From: Psammoneis japonica
Taxonomy: Eukaryota
Length of the DNA: 63,225 nucleotides
Direction of reading: 5' to 3'
Assembly (NCBI GenBank): GCA_008632985.1
Contig: QPGO01000122.1
Coordinates: 186,001-249,225 of the forward strand
The notes beneath the pieces were generated by a model. The model ran no database searches. It worked only from the letters and a program-made list of their open reading frames with translations, and was not told where the DNA came from. How positions within the stretch are numbered: the first letter of the stretch is position 1; every line of letters starts with the position of its first letter. Both the position numbers and the translations under genes were made by a program. Positions 36,333-48,950 of the stretch are shown one piece after another.

Positions 36333-39300
36333 ACAGCAAGGAGCAACAATCTGCCTGAGCAATCTTTTAGAGCCATCAATGATTTGCACAAAATGTGTGC
36401 TGTGCAATGCATTGGCTTTGAAACTGAGCAAGGAAGGAGAAGGGACAGTGGAGAGAGGCATCAAAGAATTGCACTGCTTGTTTTTGTGCACCTGTCTGAC
36501 ACTTGATGCACAGTGTGCGCCAATGGCATGGACTTGGCAGGGGTGCTGCTGTCTGCCATGGTGTCACTCCAACAGTGCTGATGTTCCCACTCAGGCAAAA
36601 AAGTGAGCTGCTCAGCAGCTCACCACTTTGTTTGCATGAAACTCATGACTGATGAAACAAAATGGCGGTGGCACCTCCACACATGTGACCTGTTGACTGG
36701 GGCAAAAAGCCATCACTCTCAATGCTCATTGCCCCCAGAAACACCAATTGAGCACATGACATTGATGCCATCAAATCCCCATTCTTGTCATTGCTGGCAG
36801 AGATTTTTTTGTCCTGCAGAGGGCATCAGAGAGATGGAGCAGCGCAAGAAAAAAAAATTCCAAGCCATCCAGTGGTTCAATCTGTGGAACCAGTGCAAAT
36901 CATGACATGGTTTGTGGAGCATGTGTGCAGAAATGTGTGGTGTGCAGAATTTGCACCAGAGGCAAACAACAACTGGTCAGCAGTTGGCAGAAAAATGAGG
37001 CTCACGATGAAGCAACATGACAGCAGAGCGCCGCACTTTCAAGAACCAAGTGAACTTCCAAAGCAAAGTGTGCACTGCATCAAGCAGACATTGCCACATC
37101 TGCTGATGCAAAGTTTTCACAGATGCCTTGTCATTTGGTTGCATTTCCACCCACTTCTGTTGGGTCATTTTTGGTGCACCACAAAGAACTGCCTGCTTCT
37201 GCAATGGCTCGGGGCAAAAAATGGTTTTCAATCATCTGGATCTAAGCCAGCCAATCCATTGCTGCTTGTGTGGGGGAGTGGGTCACAGGGGCCATGGTGG
37301 CAATGTAAAGTTGATGCATCAACATGAAGTGCAATGTCAGTTGGAGGTGTTGTGGTGCAAGTTGTGCGCAAGTCTGCAGCATGCAGAAGTTGTGCCATGT
37401 GCTGCACGTGACATCTGTCGAACAAAAACAAGAAATGCAGCAACAAGGCAGTCAACAAATCAAGCTCATTGCACATCAAAGACACCAGCAATGAGGTGAT
37501 CAATGAGAAGAGGCTGCAGCAATTTTGATGATTTGGTTTCAGTCAGAGGGGCCTTGCTTCCTGCAAGGAAGCCATGCTCATGACCTCACAATGACTCCAG
37601 CATGTTGCAGGAGTGACCTCCACACTGAGACTTTTTTTTTGTCATTGAGTTTGTTCAGCAACCCAACAAATGCTGTTGTTCACAGAATCCAGTCATCCAA
37701 CAGAGTTGTGTGAGATGTCCAAACCCCAAGCAAGCAACGCACCATGGTTTGCACACAAAATCACATGGCAAGCCACCTCTGCCAAGGTTTTGGTTGCCAA
37801 GCAAGTGACCTTTTGCTTGTGGTGGGCTAAAAAATCATCCAGAGTGATGGCTTCTGCTGCAACAGCAATGGGGCTCCCCATGCAAGGGCCAGTTGTGAGC
37901 TGACCACCATGATTGCACAGAGGTGGCAGCTCATGTCTGTCACAACTGTGGCTTGTTTGCTTTCATCATTTTTGCAGCTGCCCACAAGCCTTGCACTTTC
38001 GCTGTTGCTGCTGAGAGCTCCGCATCAAGTCTTTTGTTTTGTGCAGCTTTTTTGCACTCATTGACATTTTTCCACTGCATCTGTTGTGCCCCATCATCCT
38101 TCCCCCCACCACTGCCACACCACAGGAAGAACATTGCTGAAGATTGACGATTGATGATTGATGATGCGCCCTGACTCAATGTTCATGCTTGCACATGTGT
38201 TGGACATCTGAGAAATGCAAAAATGGGAAACAACTTCTTCTTGCCTTTTTTCCACTTTTGTTGGAGGTTTTCAATCTAAATTTGTCACTTTTTCATTTTT
38301 GCAAGGGCAGTGCAACTGTCAGTGTCTTGATTTCATGTGGACAAAAAAGTGCAGCAGCACACTGCGGCTCAAGTTTGGCCCACTCCTGCTGCACCACATT
38401 GCAAAGTCAAGTTCTTTCTCTCTTTTTCTCATTGTTGACATGCTCTTGTTGCTCAGATGCTGGAACAGTTGCGTGTCACAGGCTGAGCCTGCTGTGCTCA
38501 GCACTTGGTTGAGAGTCAGCTGTGCAGCTGGCACCAGCTTCACCCTGAATTTTGTGCAAAAGAAAAAAAAGAGCACAGAGTGGGCAGCAGAAGAGAGCTC
38601 CTCTCCATCTCTTTTTGGGAAAGGAGAGCAGTGGGTGGTTTCAAGAAGCAAAGTGAGAAAGGAGAAGGAGAGCCTCTCTGTGTCTGTCTCCCAGGCTTCT
38701 CTGAAAATGGCACTCCTTTCCCTTTTCAGCAGACAGTGCCTGTGACTTTCCCCACACCATGCACCAACAACAGCCACAGCAGTGCAGAGCCAGTTGATGG
38801 GATGAGCAGCCAAAGCTGTGCTGTCATGCTCTCCAGCTTTGCAGCCACAAAGCCCCATTGTGACTGCCAGTTGTTCTCACAATTTGAACAAGATCCTCCT
38901 GCCCTGCAGTGCTCTCTCTGTCTGAGACTGTCAAAGCTGAGCTTGTCCAAGACAAAGCCACACAGACCTGCATTTTTGAAAAGCTTGTTGCCACTCTGAG
39001 CACATCCCTGGTGTGCACAGTGGAGCCCACAGCACCAGCACCTTTTTCCCGGACAATGACGCCCTTCTCTCATCGTGTCAACTCTCTGGAAGATGTCGCT
39101 GTGTGAGAGCGAGCAGCTCAGAGAGTTGTGTGTTCTCAGATTTTCAGCCCCTCCCCCCACATGGGCTTTCACCATGTCACCATCAAAAGGGGGTGAAGAA
39201 ACCTGCATGATGCATGTGAGGTCATGTGCGCCTGGACGGAGGGGCAAGAGAGAGTTCTTTCACAACCAGAGCCAGTGGCACAAGCTGGGGGGCATGCTGT

Positions 39301-39595
39301 GTGAGATTTTCTCCAGATCTCTCCAGTGCTCTAGAGATGAGAGCGAACATGTGTCCAGCGCACTGGCTCTGAATGAGTGCAAAACAGCCAATCTGCCTAA
39401 TGCAATGGCCATTTTGGCAGCACACATGTTTCGAATTTCGAGCTGCACTTGTCTGTTTGTTCGCCTGTCCGACATTTCGCGCAGATGACCCATCTCTCCG
39501 ACTCACTCGACTAAGAAACTTTGTCACCGCGGTTCCGCAATGGCGTCGTGGTGACCATAGTTTTGACGGCAACGACAGCAACCTATTGCAACATC

Positions 39596-41512
39596 ATGAT
39601 TGAAACAAAAGAGGGCGGTTTCTTTGTAGTGTCGTCCAGTGATGTCTTTCGACTGCACGGATCTGCAGCTCTTCGTGCTGTATTGCCTGCGTCCGTGTCG
39701 ACAGCCATTCTTCTTTTAGCCGTGGAAATTGCAGACAAGGACCTGGAGGAGAGTGACGTTGAAGACTGGCTTGTTCACCCATATGCCATTCAGACATCCA
39801 TTGTAGCGACTACCTTTCTGGTGTCGTACAGAGCCAATTTTGCCTATGGTAGAGTAAGTCTGTATGTATGTGTGTGCCGTTTGCGAAACGCGGAACGAGA
39901 AACGTATGCTCAACTCTCTCACCGATTTCTTTACACTCTATAGTACTGGGAGGGAGCCACTGCGGTTCATCAAATGCTCTCAAAGTGGCTAGGTGAGCTT
40001 ACGATCGTTTAGTCGAAGTGGTGTCGCTCGCAATCTCAGTTTATGCTAACTTCTTTCTTTGCCAGATGTCGGCACTCTCATGTCTAGTTTTCATTACCAG
40101 TCGAGACGTCATGATGCAGAGCGCCCGACATCTTTTGGGGATCACCCAGAAGTCAAAGATGCGACTCGGGAGCGGCAGCGGTTTAATAAATTCACCCATT
40201 CTGAGTACATTGAACAATTACCGCCTGAGCCCAAAAGGAAACGAAAAAGCGGTCGTCTTCTTCGAAAGTTCTTTGGAAAACGAAAACAAGGGCTGGCAGA
40301 AGAAGAGGAAGCGGAACACCAAGAAAGTGAAGACGTGCCCCCTTCCGTTTCGTCCATGCTGCCACAAATCCCAGAGTCAACCCAGTCCGTACTACCCGAA
40401 CACGATGTTCCAACAATTCAGACGTTGCCGTACTCCAAAGTTTCCAGTCTTGACGAGCATGACCAGACCGTCGAGTCGTCTAGCCTCTTTCTGCAAGAAT
40501 TGGTTCATTTGATTAGCTTGCTATCTGCCGTTGCCATGTCGACGCTCCGAAATGACATTGAAGGTTCCGAGAGTCCGCTCGTTCGGTACATTCCGGGTGC
40601 TCCGTGGCCTCCTGTCGATCCAGATGATTTGGGCCAAGCTATACGATACCAATACCACGAAGACTCGCGGTTTTGGACATGCGTCAACTTCATCCTTGGG
40701 CTTGATAGATCGGCTAGACATACGACATTGTACAATGCAGCCAGGCCCTTTGGTGTGCTGGGCGGCGTTTCAGATGCCGAGATTGAACAGCTTCAAGATG
40801 CTCGGGGTCCGTATGCTAAGGTCGCGCTCTGCACCATGTGGCTACAAGAGTTCATGACGAGGGAGCATTTGAATGGTGCGGTCGGCGACATTCATCCTGC
40901 ACTCATGAGCAGGTTGTTTCAGTATACCAGCGATGGAATGATTGGGTGAGTAGGATAATATTGTGTGCATTTTGTCACTTGACCTGTGAGCTTTGAGGCC
41001 TGACTTGTCTTTTATTCTACACTCTCGACTATAAATACCGTAGGTACAACCAATCAAGAAAGATTGCATACATTCCATTCCCTTTTTGTCACGAACAAGC
41101 AACGATCTTTGTTCTGTGCGTGCTTGTCTTTTTGTTTCCGGTGCTATATGTCTCTTTTGTCAATCAACTGGCCATGGCATGTGTCTTGAACTTTGTAACG
41201 GTCTTGAGCTTTGTCGGTCTCCACGAAGTTGCAAGAGAATTGGAGAATCCCTTCTGGAACGCACCCAATGATTTGCCCATGACTACGTTTCAAGCGCAAT
41301 TCAACGAAGCGCTCATCACCACGTGCTTTGGATTTCACCCTGATTTTTACTGGGAAGTGCCGCGCCGTGATGGCGACAACGAGACTGAGAAGAACGGATT
41401 CTCAGAAGAAGATAAACAGACTGATACGCCTCTGACCGAGTCCCATGGTGACGACAATAACGAGGAATTGCTCCCCGACCTGCAAGAGATTGAGGATGCT
41501 ATTCAAACCTGA
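39596..41512 (+). CDS. Bestrophin-like (UPF0187/VCCN-type) anion channel, 4 exons
   Basis: Exons 39596-39853, 39944-39992, 40066-40945 and 41044-41512 with GT-AG introns. Motifs FLVSYRANFAYGRYWEG, KIAYIPFPF, ELENPF..PNDLP. Confidence 0.88.
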
Positions 41513-41835
41513 AGACGCAGTTGATCAGTCATTTTAGAGATAGGGATAGTGCGCTCGTGATGCGCGCGGCACCGCAAGCAAATAAAAGAACATTCGTGAG
41601 TGTTCTTGAAGCCATCATTTTTTGGATCGACAACGAACAACGTTGTCTTCCAGAGAATCCATTTCCAACTTGGCTTGTGCATCTTTGTCCTGATTTCAAC
41701 TACGAAGGATCACTAAAGAGCGTTTCTGATAGCCTCAAAACAATCTTACACTACTTCAGTATTGTGAAGCTCGCCACAAAATCAAAGACACATCAAATCA
41801 AACGCAACTCTTTTTTTCGTAACCAAGTCACCACC

Positions 41836-42798
41836 ATGATTACCGCAAACCAATGGTTCCAGCTAGGACAACGCGTTCTTTATGACACCAAGAACAGAAG
41901 GATCACTGATAAATCGAACAGCAATACGTACTCGGTCTTTGAACGACTAGTCACTCCTTCCGACATGTCCAGCGATGGCGCTCGCTGGCTAACCATGCTG
42001 CCCGGATTTCCCGATGGATCCTACGGTTGGTCCAAGGTAGACGGCTGTATCCAAGACAAGGTGAATCCTCGTCTTTACATTGAATATATTGGTCAAGGGG
42101 ACTCCGACAAGCCTAACGACTACCATTATGGTACGATGGAACGTGCCGATCTCGTCGAAGCGCAATGGGAAGCACATGGCGTTGGGAAGACTGTCGTCGT
42201 TTCATTTGACTACTCATCACTTGTCCTTTTGGAGTTACTCCAGCGTCAGCGCGAGCGTCTCCAGAAGGGCATGGTGTTGACGACAACAATTGAGCACGTG
42301 CTTCTCGTCAACGGTGGTTATTTTGCCGACGGTCACAGCCATCCAATCATGACGACTCCTTTGTTGCAAACTTGGATGGGCCGCATGGGCTGCTGGATGG
42401 CTCAGCGGTCTCATTTTGCATTCAACATGATGATTCGCCCACTGTTTTCCACGGAGTATCATGTTTCCGATGCTGAGCTCAATGAAATCTTTCACGCCAT
42501 TACTCGCCGGAACGGGGCACTGTTTATGAGCAATGCTTCAGGCTTTGTTCGTGAGCACAAAGAATTGTATTCACAGCGTTGGAACCTCGAGAACGTCTAT
42601 GATGGAACTGTCAGAGTACATTTGGTCGGGAGCGAGAAGGATCAATTCGAACCCAAGCAGCTTGTCCTTGCACGCGAGCGTCTTGGCCAAAATATTGAGA
42701 CAACTTTGATTGGTGGAGGACACATGGCAACTTCGGAACAAGCCGACGTTCTTGCAAATCTTGTCGATAAATTGATTGTGAAGAAGTCACTACGTTAG
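41836..42798 (+). CDS. Alpha/beta hydrolase, MEST/epoxide-hydrolase-like
   Basis: ATG at 41836 (MITANQWF). LPGFPDGSYGW, GQGDSDKP, VSFDYS elbow, GGH catalytic His region; intronless. Confidence 0.85.
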   Translation: MITANQWFQLGQRVLYDTKNRRITDKSNSNTYSVFERLVTPSDMSSDGARWLTMLPGFPDGSYGWSKVDGCIQDKVNPRLYIEYIGQGDSDKPNDYHYGTMERADLVEAQWEAHGVGKTVVVSFDYSSLVLLELLQRQRERLQKGMVLTTTIEHVLLVNGGYFADGHSHPIMTTPLLQTWMGRMGCWMAQRSHFAFNMMIRPLFSTEYHVSDAELNEIFHAITRRNGALFMSNASGFVREHKELYSQRWNLENVYDGTVRVHLVGSEKDQFEPKQLVLARERLGQNIETTLIGGGHMATSEQADVLANLVDKLIVKKSLR

Positions 42799-43368
42799 CG
42801 GCAAATGTGAACTTTCGGTTGATGTTTTTGAGTGTTCGCCTTCACCAGAAACAAGTTGCACGAGTCGTCTCTAGGCACCGTGCGCCTTGGACGAAACTTC
42901 TCCTGCGGTCTGGTAGCATGCTTGTATTCAAATTAGAATTTTATAGTGCGACAGAATCATTATAGAAGTCTGCAAATATGTTCTTAGAATGAGCCAGCTA
43001 TTTGCTTCATCATTCAGCAAATCTCGCTCGAGTCAGTCAGGGAAGCCAGACCTCGAGGAAGACATGGATGAGCAAAATGGAGTCAAGGAAACATAAGCGA
43101 TCAGGTATCTTAGCACACTTTCGTGTATGTTACATTCAATATGGCTTCAAAACAATACCATGCAACACAAAACAGAAGCAGAATGATGATACAACAGTGT
43201 CAGGAATACCTATCGAACTAGACGTTTATGTATCGACCATTTCTTCGAAAGCGGTTACCGGAACTATAAGCGTGTTAACAGGGCAGAGCTAAAGAGGGAA
43301 GGGATCCGTTAAAAGCAACATATTTGTGTTCCTTTCTGAAACTAAGGAAGAAGAGGCTGACTGAATGA

Positions 43369-44835
43369 TTACATAAGACCGCATATGTTTTCATTTCCTC
43401 TCTTGTCGTTTTGACGGAGAGTTCCTGTCGATCCAATCGCTGCGAGAAAATCTTTGACAAACGAGTACCTATTCGTACACGCTTTCAGAGCATTGGCAAC
43501 CTCGCTCGCCAAGGGCTTTTCCTCCTGCAAAACTTTCAACGCAACATCGCACGATTCAGGGTCGCCAAACGCGGAAAAATCCAGATCAACTCCAGCAACT
43601 TTCGCAGCGAGCAATTGCTGGACGAACTTGTGCGCTGCAATCCCACCGAATGCTCCGCATCCCCACTTCCCCGTCGAAATGACAGGGCGTTTATCTGTGC
43701 CCAATGAAACAGAATGTGCATAAAAGGCTCCAAAAGCCTTGTTGAGATCTCTCTGGATTGATTCTATGGTAAAATGCTTGTCGTAACATGCGTCCATGGT
43801 CAAAATGTCATGGACGACTCGCTCAGTCGTGGGTCCTTGACAACGAAACGAGTCGAGATACCCAGAGTAAGTTGAAAAGCGACGGACATTGCGTACATTC
43901 ACCACTTCGTCATCCTTCATTTTGCCTATCCAAAGCAATCCAATGGTGAATTCCGGGCAACAACTTTCAAGGATCTCCTCTTGCGTGCAAGAGCGAATGA
44001 ACTTTCCGTATCTAGTCGTAGTCACCCCAAAAAAGAGAGTGCAGTGGTCAGATTAAAATGACACTGAATGGCTCGTTCGAGATACTCTTTCAACGGCTTA
44101 CCCAAAGTTTGGATTGGCAAAGTTCACAAAGGCCGTTGACGCGCGTGGGGGGTTCTCCATGACGTCTCCGTGCAATACTATACCTGTTCCATCCACCGGC
44201 AGCAACGCAGCACGACTAGTAGTGTCTATATCGCCACCCAGAAAGTCTATCGGCCTGTATCGAATGCGTTCAAAGATGATTTGGCGATTTTCGTCATTTT
44301 CGATGGAACGCGACCAAGCTTCAAAGTAGAGTAGGTGACATTTCATTCGCTCAATTCCCACCATATCATATTCGCTGGCGAGCAACGGGCGCCAGTCGAG
44401 ACCCCCCTGATTCCACCTGTCCTTCTTGTTTCGCATGGGGTCCAAACCATTTGCAAAGAAGACATTGGCGAGAATTCCACGAGCCTGTTGCGCGGTAATC
44501 TCTTTCGTGTTGGCCTGAAAGTCGCCTTGCTGAACCGAGTCTGCGAGAGACGGACTATCCAGCGGAGTTCGGACCAGTTTTTGAATAGCCTCATCCTTCA
44601 AGCACTCCAATGCCCACTGACGAATATCCTTCAAGACTTGCAAGGGTGAATTTGACAAGATTTTGCACGATTTCTCGAGTCCCGCACGCAAAAATGACTC
44701 GTCGAATAGCTCGTCGCTGTTCATTGCGTGACAAGCGGCTGAAACAGCCGTGTCGAGGCTGTCAAAGGCCGAGAGAGGAAGCAGAGATTCAAGCTGCTCA
44801 TTCGAAAGTTTGAATACAGTTAAGGATTCGCTCAT
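43369..44835 (-). CDS. PARG: Poly(ADP-ribose) glycohydrolase, 2 exons
   Basis: Exons 44835-44102 and 44011-43369. Motifs VNFANPNFGYG..CTQEEIL..CPE, MDA, RDLNKAF, ISTGKWGCGAFGG. Confidence 0.9.
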
Positions 44836-45302
44836 GGTGTCAAGCAAGCACACTTTTTTCTATCTCCTCTCTATTTTTTGTGTGTGTGAGGAAACGCGAA
44901 ATCATCAAAGCAACGCGGAAATGCGGTTGAGTCCCGCTAAAAAGTAAAACGAAACGCGACTGACAGGAAACCCGGATATTAGAAACCGGCTGCGCGAGTT
45001 GCGAGAGATTATTCAAGACGATGCATTAGACTACGCAGTCTCTTCACAATGTCGCGCTCTTCCTTTCCAATAAAACAGACACATTGTTTCTCTCTCAAGG
45101 GGAGCACAATCATTGATACAAACAGAAGGCATACGAACACTTTTGATGCTGTCGTTTGTCGTGTGGATACTATTCGCTTCAACGTTGGAACATGCATGTT
45201 GTGCACGCCATGTTCAGCTTCGCGCGTCATCGCGCGACAGCGTAGATAGGTCGGCGTGCGATGCGTTTCTGCGAACCTGATGCCAAAATCTCGATCATCA
45301 CC

Positions 45303-46656
45303 ATGACCATGAAGTCGTCGCTAGAAAGCGGTTTGAAGGACTCATCATCCAACAGGGACTCTAGCGGTGGACAGTTGGAAGCCAATGTCCTTCGACATAT
45401 CCGTTCCATGCCAAAGGTGAGCGAACCGATATGGAATTGAGGCTGACGTGCAAAGAGTTTTTTAGGATCTCACAAAAAAGCCGTGCACGTTTCTTGATAT
45501 GTAAGGTGGAATTGCATCGACACCTGGAAGGATCTGTTCGGTTTTCAACCCTTCGAGAGCTTTATGAGACACACGTCTATTCAGGAGAACTTCCTTCGCA
45601 TCTCGAAGGACCTGAAAACAGTATGTGTTACCGTTAAAACTTCTTTCAAGTGTAGTTGATGCGCTACTTTTCAAGAGCTTGCTTGTACTTACATTCTTGT
45701 TCCTCCCATTCACAGCGCTTGCGTTGGATGCTGCCGTCATGCGTCATTTCTGTGTCGATGGAAGAATCCAGAATCTGACGGACTTTCTTGATAAGTTTGA
45801 GCACACTCAACAACTATTCGCCACGACTAAAATAGTGCAACGTCTTGCCTTTGAAGCTTGCGAGGACGCAGCTCGGTGTGGGGTTGTTGTTTTGGAGCTT
45901 CGATACTCTCCTGTATACATTCTTAGAGGTCATACCGACACCATGACTGTAGAATCCGTCCATGCTGCGGTTGTTGCCGGGGTCCAAAAGGCCATGTCGA
46001 CCTATCCAATTGCGGTTGGTTTAGTTGGAATTTTGGATCGGTGTTCTTCGCTGGAGGATGCGACCGAGGCTACAGACTTTTTCATTGCAAACCGAGATAC
46101 CTTTGTAGGTGTTGATCTCGCTAATGATGAAGAACGATTTGACGGAAAACATCTCACTTCGCTCTTTGAAAAGTGTAAAAAAGCTGGGTTGAGCATTACG
46201 ATTCACGCAGGCGAAGTTCCAAGTCCAGCAGCTCCCAAGAATGTGTCCATTGCCATGAATAAATTCTCTGCCACTCGCATTGGTCATGGGATCCATGTCT
46301 TGCGTGACGATAAAGTGACGGATGAGGCAAAACGAAGAAATGTCGTGTTTGAAGTATGCCCCATGTCAAACGCTCTGATTGGAACGGTCGAGTCCCTCCG
46401 GGAGCATCCACTTCGAAACATGCTGGACAGTGGGCTGCGTGTCACAATATCGACCGACGATCCGGGCCTTTTCCTCAATGATATGAATAGCGAATGCATC
46501 ACCGCTGTCAGAGACTGCGGAATGACTCTCAAAGAATTGTGGGAGTCCCAACTTCAGGGCTACGAGTCGTCTTTTGTGTCTGATTCTGAAAAGAGATCAA
46601 AGTGGCAAGAAGCAGTCGGAGCCTGGTTGATTCATGAACACAATATACTGCGATAG
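45303..46656 (+). CDS. ADA: Adenosine deaminase (amidohydrolase fold), 3 exons
   Basis: Exons 45303-45416, 45506-45620 and 45716-46656 splice to MPK/VELHRHLEGS; also ELRYSP, IHAGE, RIGHG, EVCPMSN, STDDPG. Confidence 0.92.
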
Positions 46657-47136
46657 GACCGACTGCCTGTTTGTATTATAGAAGTTCGTGCCATTGCAGA
46701 CAAGAAAACTAAAGAGTGATCTTTCGCTTCTCAATCGGCGTAATTCATGGTTGCTGATGCCTCACGAGCACAAGCTATCGTAAAATGACAATGTTTGAAT
46801 AACTAGAGCTAGTCACTGGTTGGAGTTTGTTCCTTGTCAGTTCCTGTGCATGTGTGTGGGGCTGCAAAGTCTATTTACTTGCTTTACGATCTGCAATGGC
46901 TTCTGATGTAGCAGCGAGTGGCATACTCGCATTGAAATTCAGATAGATAGCGCCTAAATGCGATCTTTCGTTGCCGCTGGCTTGGTGTTTCTGATGGTAA
47001 CATGAGTTTTTTATTGTAATGAGACCCTACGTAGCTATGTATTTCTATGTTATGAATATTCTAAAAATCTACTGGAGAGCTGAATCAATCTGAGCCTCTC
47101 TCGTAGATGGACGGCTAGCTAGCCTAATATAGCAAT

Positions 47137-48950
47137 TCAAAGCGTGTACTTTCGTAGAATGTCGAGATAGCGAAAGGCGTAACCTTCATACTCAACATCC
47201 TTTGTCAGATGAGACGGCCCGCTGGAAGAGAACCCAATGACAGGCTCAATCTGATGAGACAGTGAAGAATCGGAATTCAATCAGTATTACGTTCAGCCAT
47301 ACGAAAGCATTTTGATCTACATAACGCAACGTAGAACTTACCTGAGTGTCCTCATGCCATTCATTCCAGGAATTGATGAGTAACATGTTTCCAGTAGAAG
47401 GATCCACCATGTCCATTGCCGTCTTCAGAGATTCTTCAAAGAGCGAACCGAATGGTGCATCAGGTGAAAGTTTGCGTGACAACGGCACATGGTCAGCCTC
47501 CAGGCGTACGGATCGGTCGTTAAAGCCTGGACTGGCGGCTGGAATGAAACCTTTCCCCTCTTGCTTTGCGTGGCCACGCCAGTTGTCTTGCATTGCAACG
47601 TACTGGTTCATCCCGGTTTGTTTGGCATAGTACTCCCCATTGGAATACGCCTGAATACTTCCGTATACATCGTAGTTTGTTATAGCGTCGAGGTAGTCAA
47701 GAGGCAAGAGAATGTCGTTGAATGCGTGATCGCCAATAAGGTAAATCCCACTTTCTCCACAATTGCGAGCTGCTTCCTTCATAACCCTTGATGTTTCTCT
47801 CATTAGACCTGGCTGGAGCTCTGGTGCACTCTCATAATAGCGACTCAAGTAAAAGACAATGACTGGTTTACCGCGAATTCGCATATAATTCGGATGAGAG
47901 AAGTAGTGCTGACAAAGATGGGTAATGTCAGAATCAGCACGCTCCAAGATGAGTGTTTCATCCAGCTGTCCGGTGGAGTTTCTGCCTCTGCCTGTTGACT
48001 CGTAATGAATGGCAATCTTGAGGTCACCAATATCGCTGTGGGGTAGAATGACATTGCGAATCGTCTTGTCTTCATATGAATCGGGACCCCACCAACTGGT
48101 GACCCACGCGCGAATGTTTGCATCCTTTGACCATTCGAGATGCTTGGCAATGACCGATGGATCGCTGTCGTCATATTCTCCCAGCACTGGTGGCTGTCGC
48201 ATTTCAAGATCGTGCCTAAATGGACATTAATAATTCAAGCAAGAGAACGAAACGTAGTGATTGAGTATTTCGTCGGAAACTAATCACAAAATCACGGATG
48301 AAAACTACGACTTACCGCAGATATTTGCCGCCATGGAAATTGTTGCCATACCATGGATAGTAGTAGACGGCGACTGTGACACCTGTCACTGGTACATCCA
48401 GAGCTCTCCAGATGGCTCTATCGCCAACCACACCACAGTTCTTGAGGATAATCTGGGAAACATCCTTGATAGGCGGATTGCCTTGAGCAATCAAGCAAAG
48501 GTCGCTGCGCATCTTTAGCTTGATCTTGCCCGAGGGCGTCACAGTCTCAAACTGTTGGGTTGCCTTGTTTGCGTCGCAAGAGGCGAAACGCACTTTAGAT
48601 CCGTCATTAACTACATTGCCCCACGCAGCTTGTAAACAAACATCGTCCGAGCCGGAGTGGAGCAAACCGGCACTGTCCTGATACCAATGGGTGTTGGTGT
48701 TTGAGTCAGCGGGGTACTCGCACGAAGCAAAGAAGGCTCCACACTCGTTACCGAGGCACTTTGGGACAATACAGCCATTTTCATGGCCATACAGGATGAT
48801 TCCGGTGTCGCTGTTAAGGTGTCGGGCACGTAAATGCCCGTGACCTTCCTCCTCGTTGGCAAGAGAATACGCGACAAACAGAGAAAATGCAAAAAATAAC
48901 TTCATTGTTCCTGTCATGGGCGGCAAAAGCGGAAGCTCTTTGTTAGACAT
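47137..48950 (-). CDS. Secreted ricin-B-lectin + GH99-like (endo-alpha-mannanase-like) glycosidase, 3 exons
   Basis: Exons 48950 (or 48905)-48316, 48215-47342 and 47250-47137. Signal peptide MKLFFAFSLFVAYSLA, Cys/QxW-like ricin repeats, YYYPWY, SWWG, PGFNDR, NSWNEWHEDTQ/IEP. Confidence 0.85.

Larger units (their letters stand above)
2810..39480. mobile_element. Nested, hypermutated transposon block (Plavaka-type DNA transposons plus copia); boundaries approximate
   Basis: Continuous TpA-depleted sequence containing three transposase remnants and an LTR element, between the RdRP and bestrophin genes. No outer TIR pair found. Confidence 0.8.

Noticed and set aside
2810..39480. Classical RIP or CpG deamination as the sole explanation of the TG/CA excess
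   Set aside because: RIP would increase TA. CpGs are intact in the LTRs and copia body, and conserved Tyr codons and GTAAGT donors point to ancestral TA.
41521..41835. 105-aa N-terminal extension of the alpha/beta hydrolase ORF
   Set aside because: It starts at a non-ATG codon 9 bp after the bestrophin stop. The family-like sequence begins at ATG 41836.
45303..46656. Adenosine deaminase as the enzyme causing A>G changes in the neighbouring TEs
   Set aside because: It is an amidohydrolase-fold ADA acting on free nucleoside, not a TadA/ADAR-fold polynucleotide deaminase. Co-location is probably chance.
39596..48950. Bestrophin, hydrolase, PARG, ADA and GH99 genes as a functional or defence cluster
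   Set aside because: Unrelated functions, mixed orientations and ordinary introns; typical compact algal gene order.
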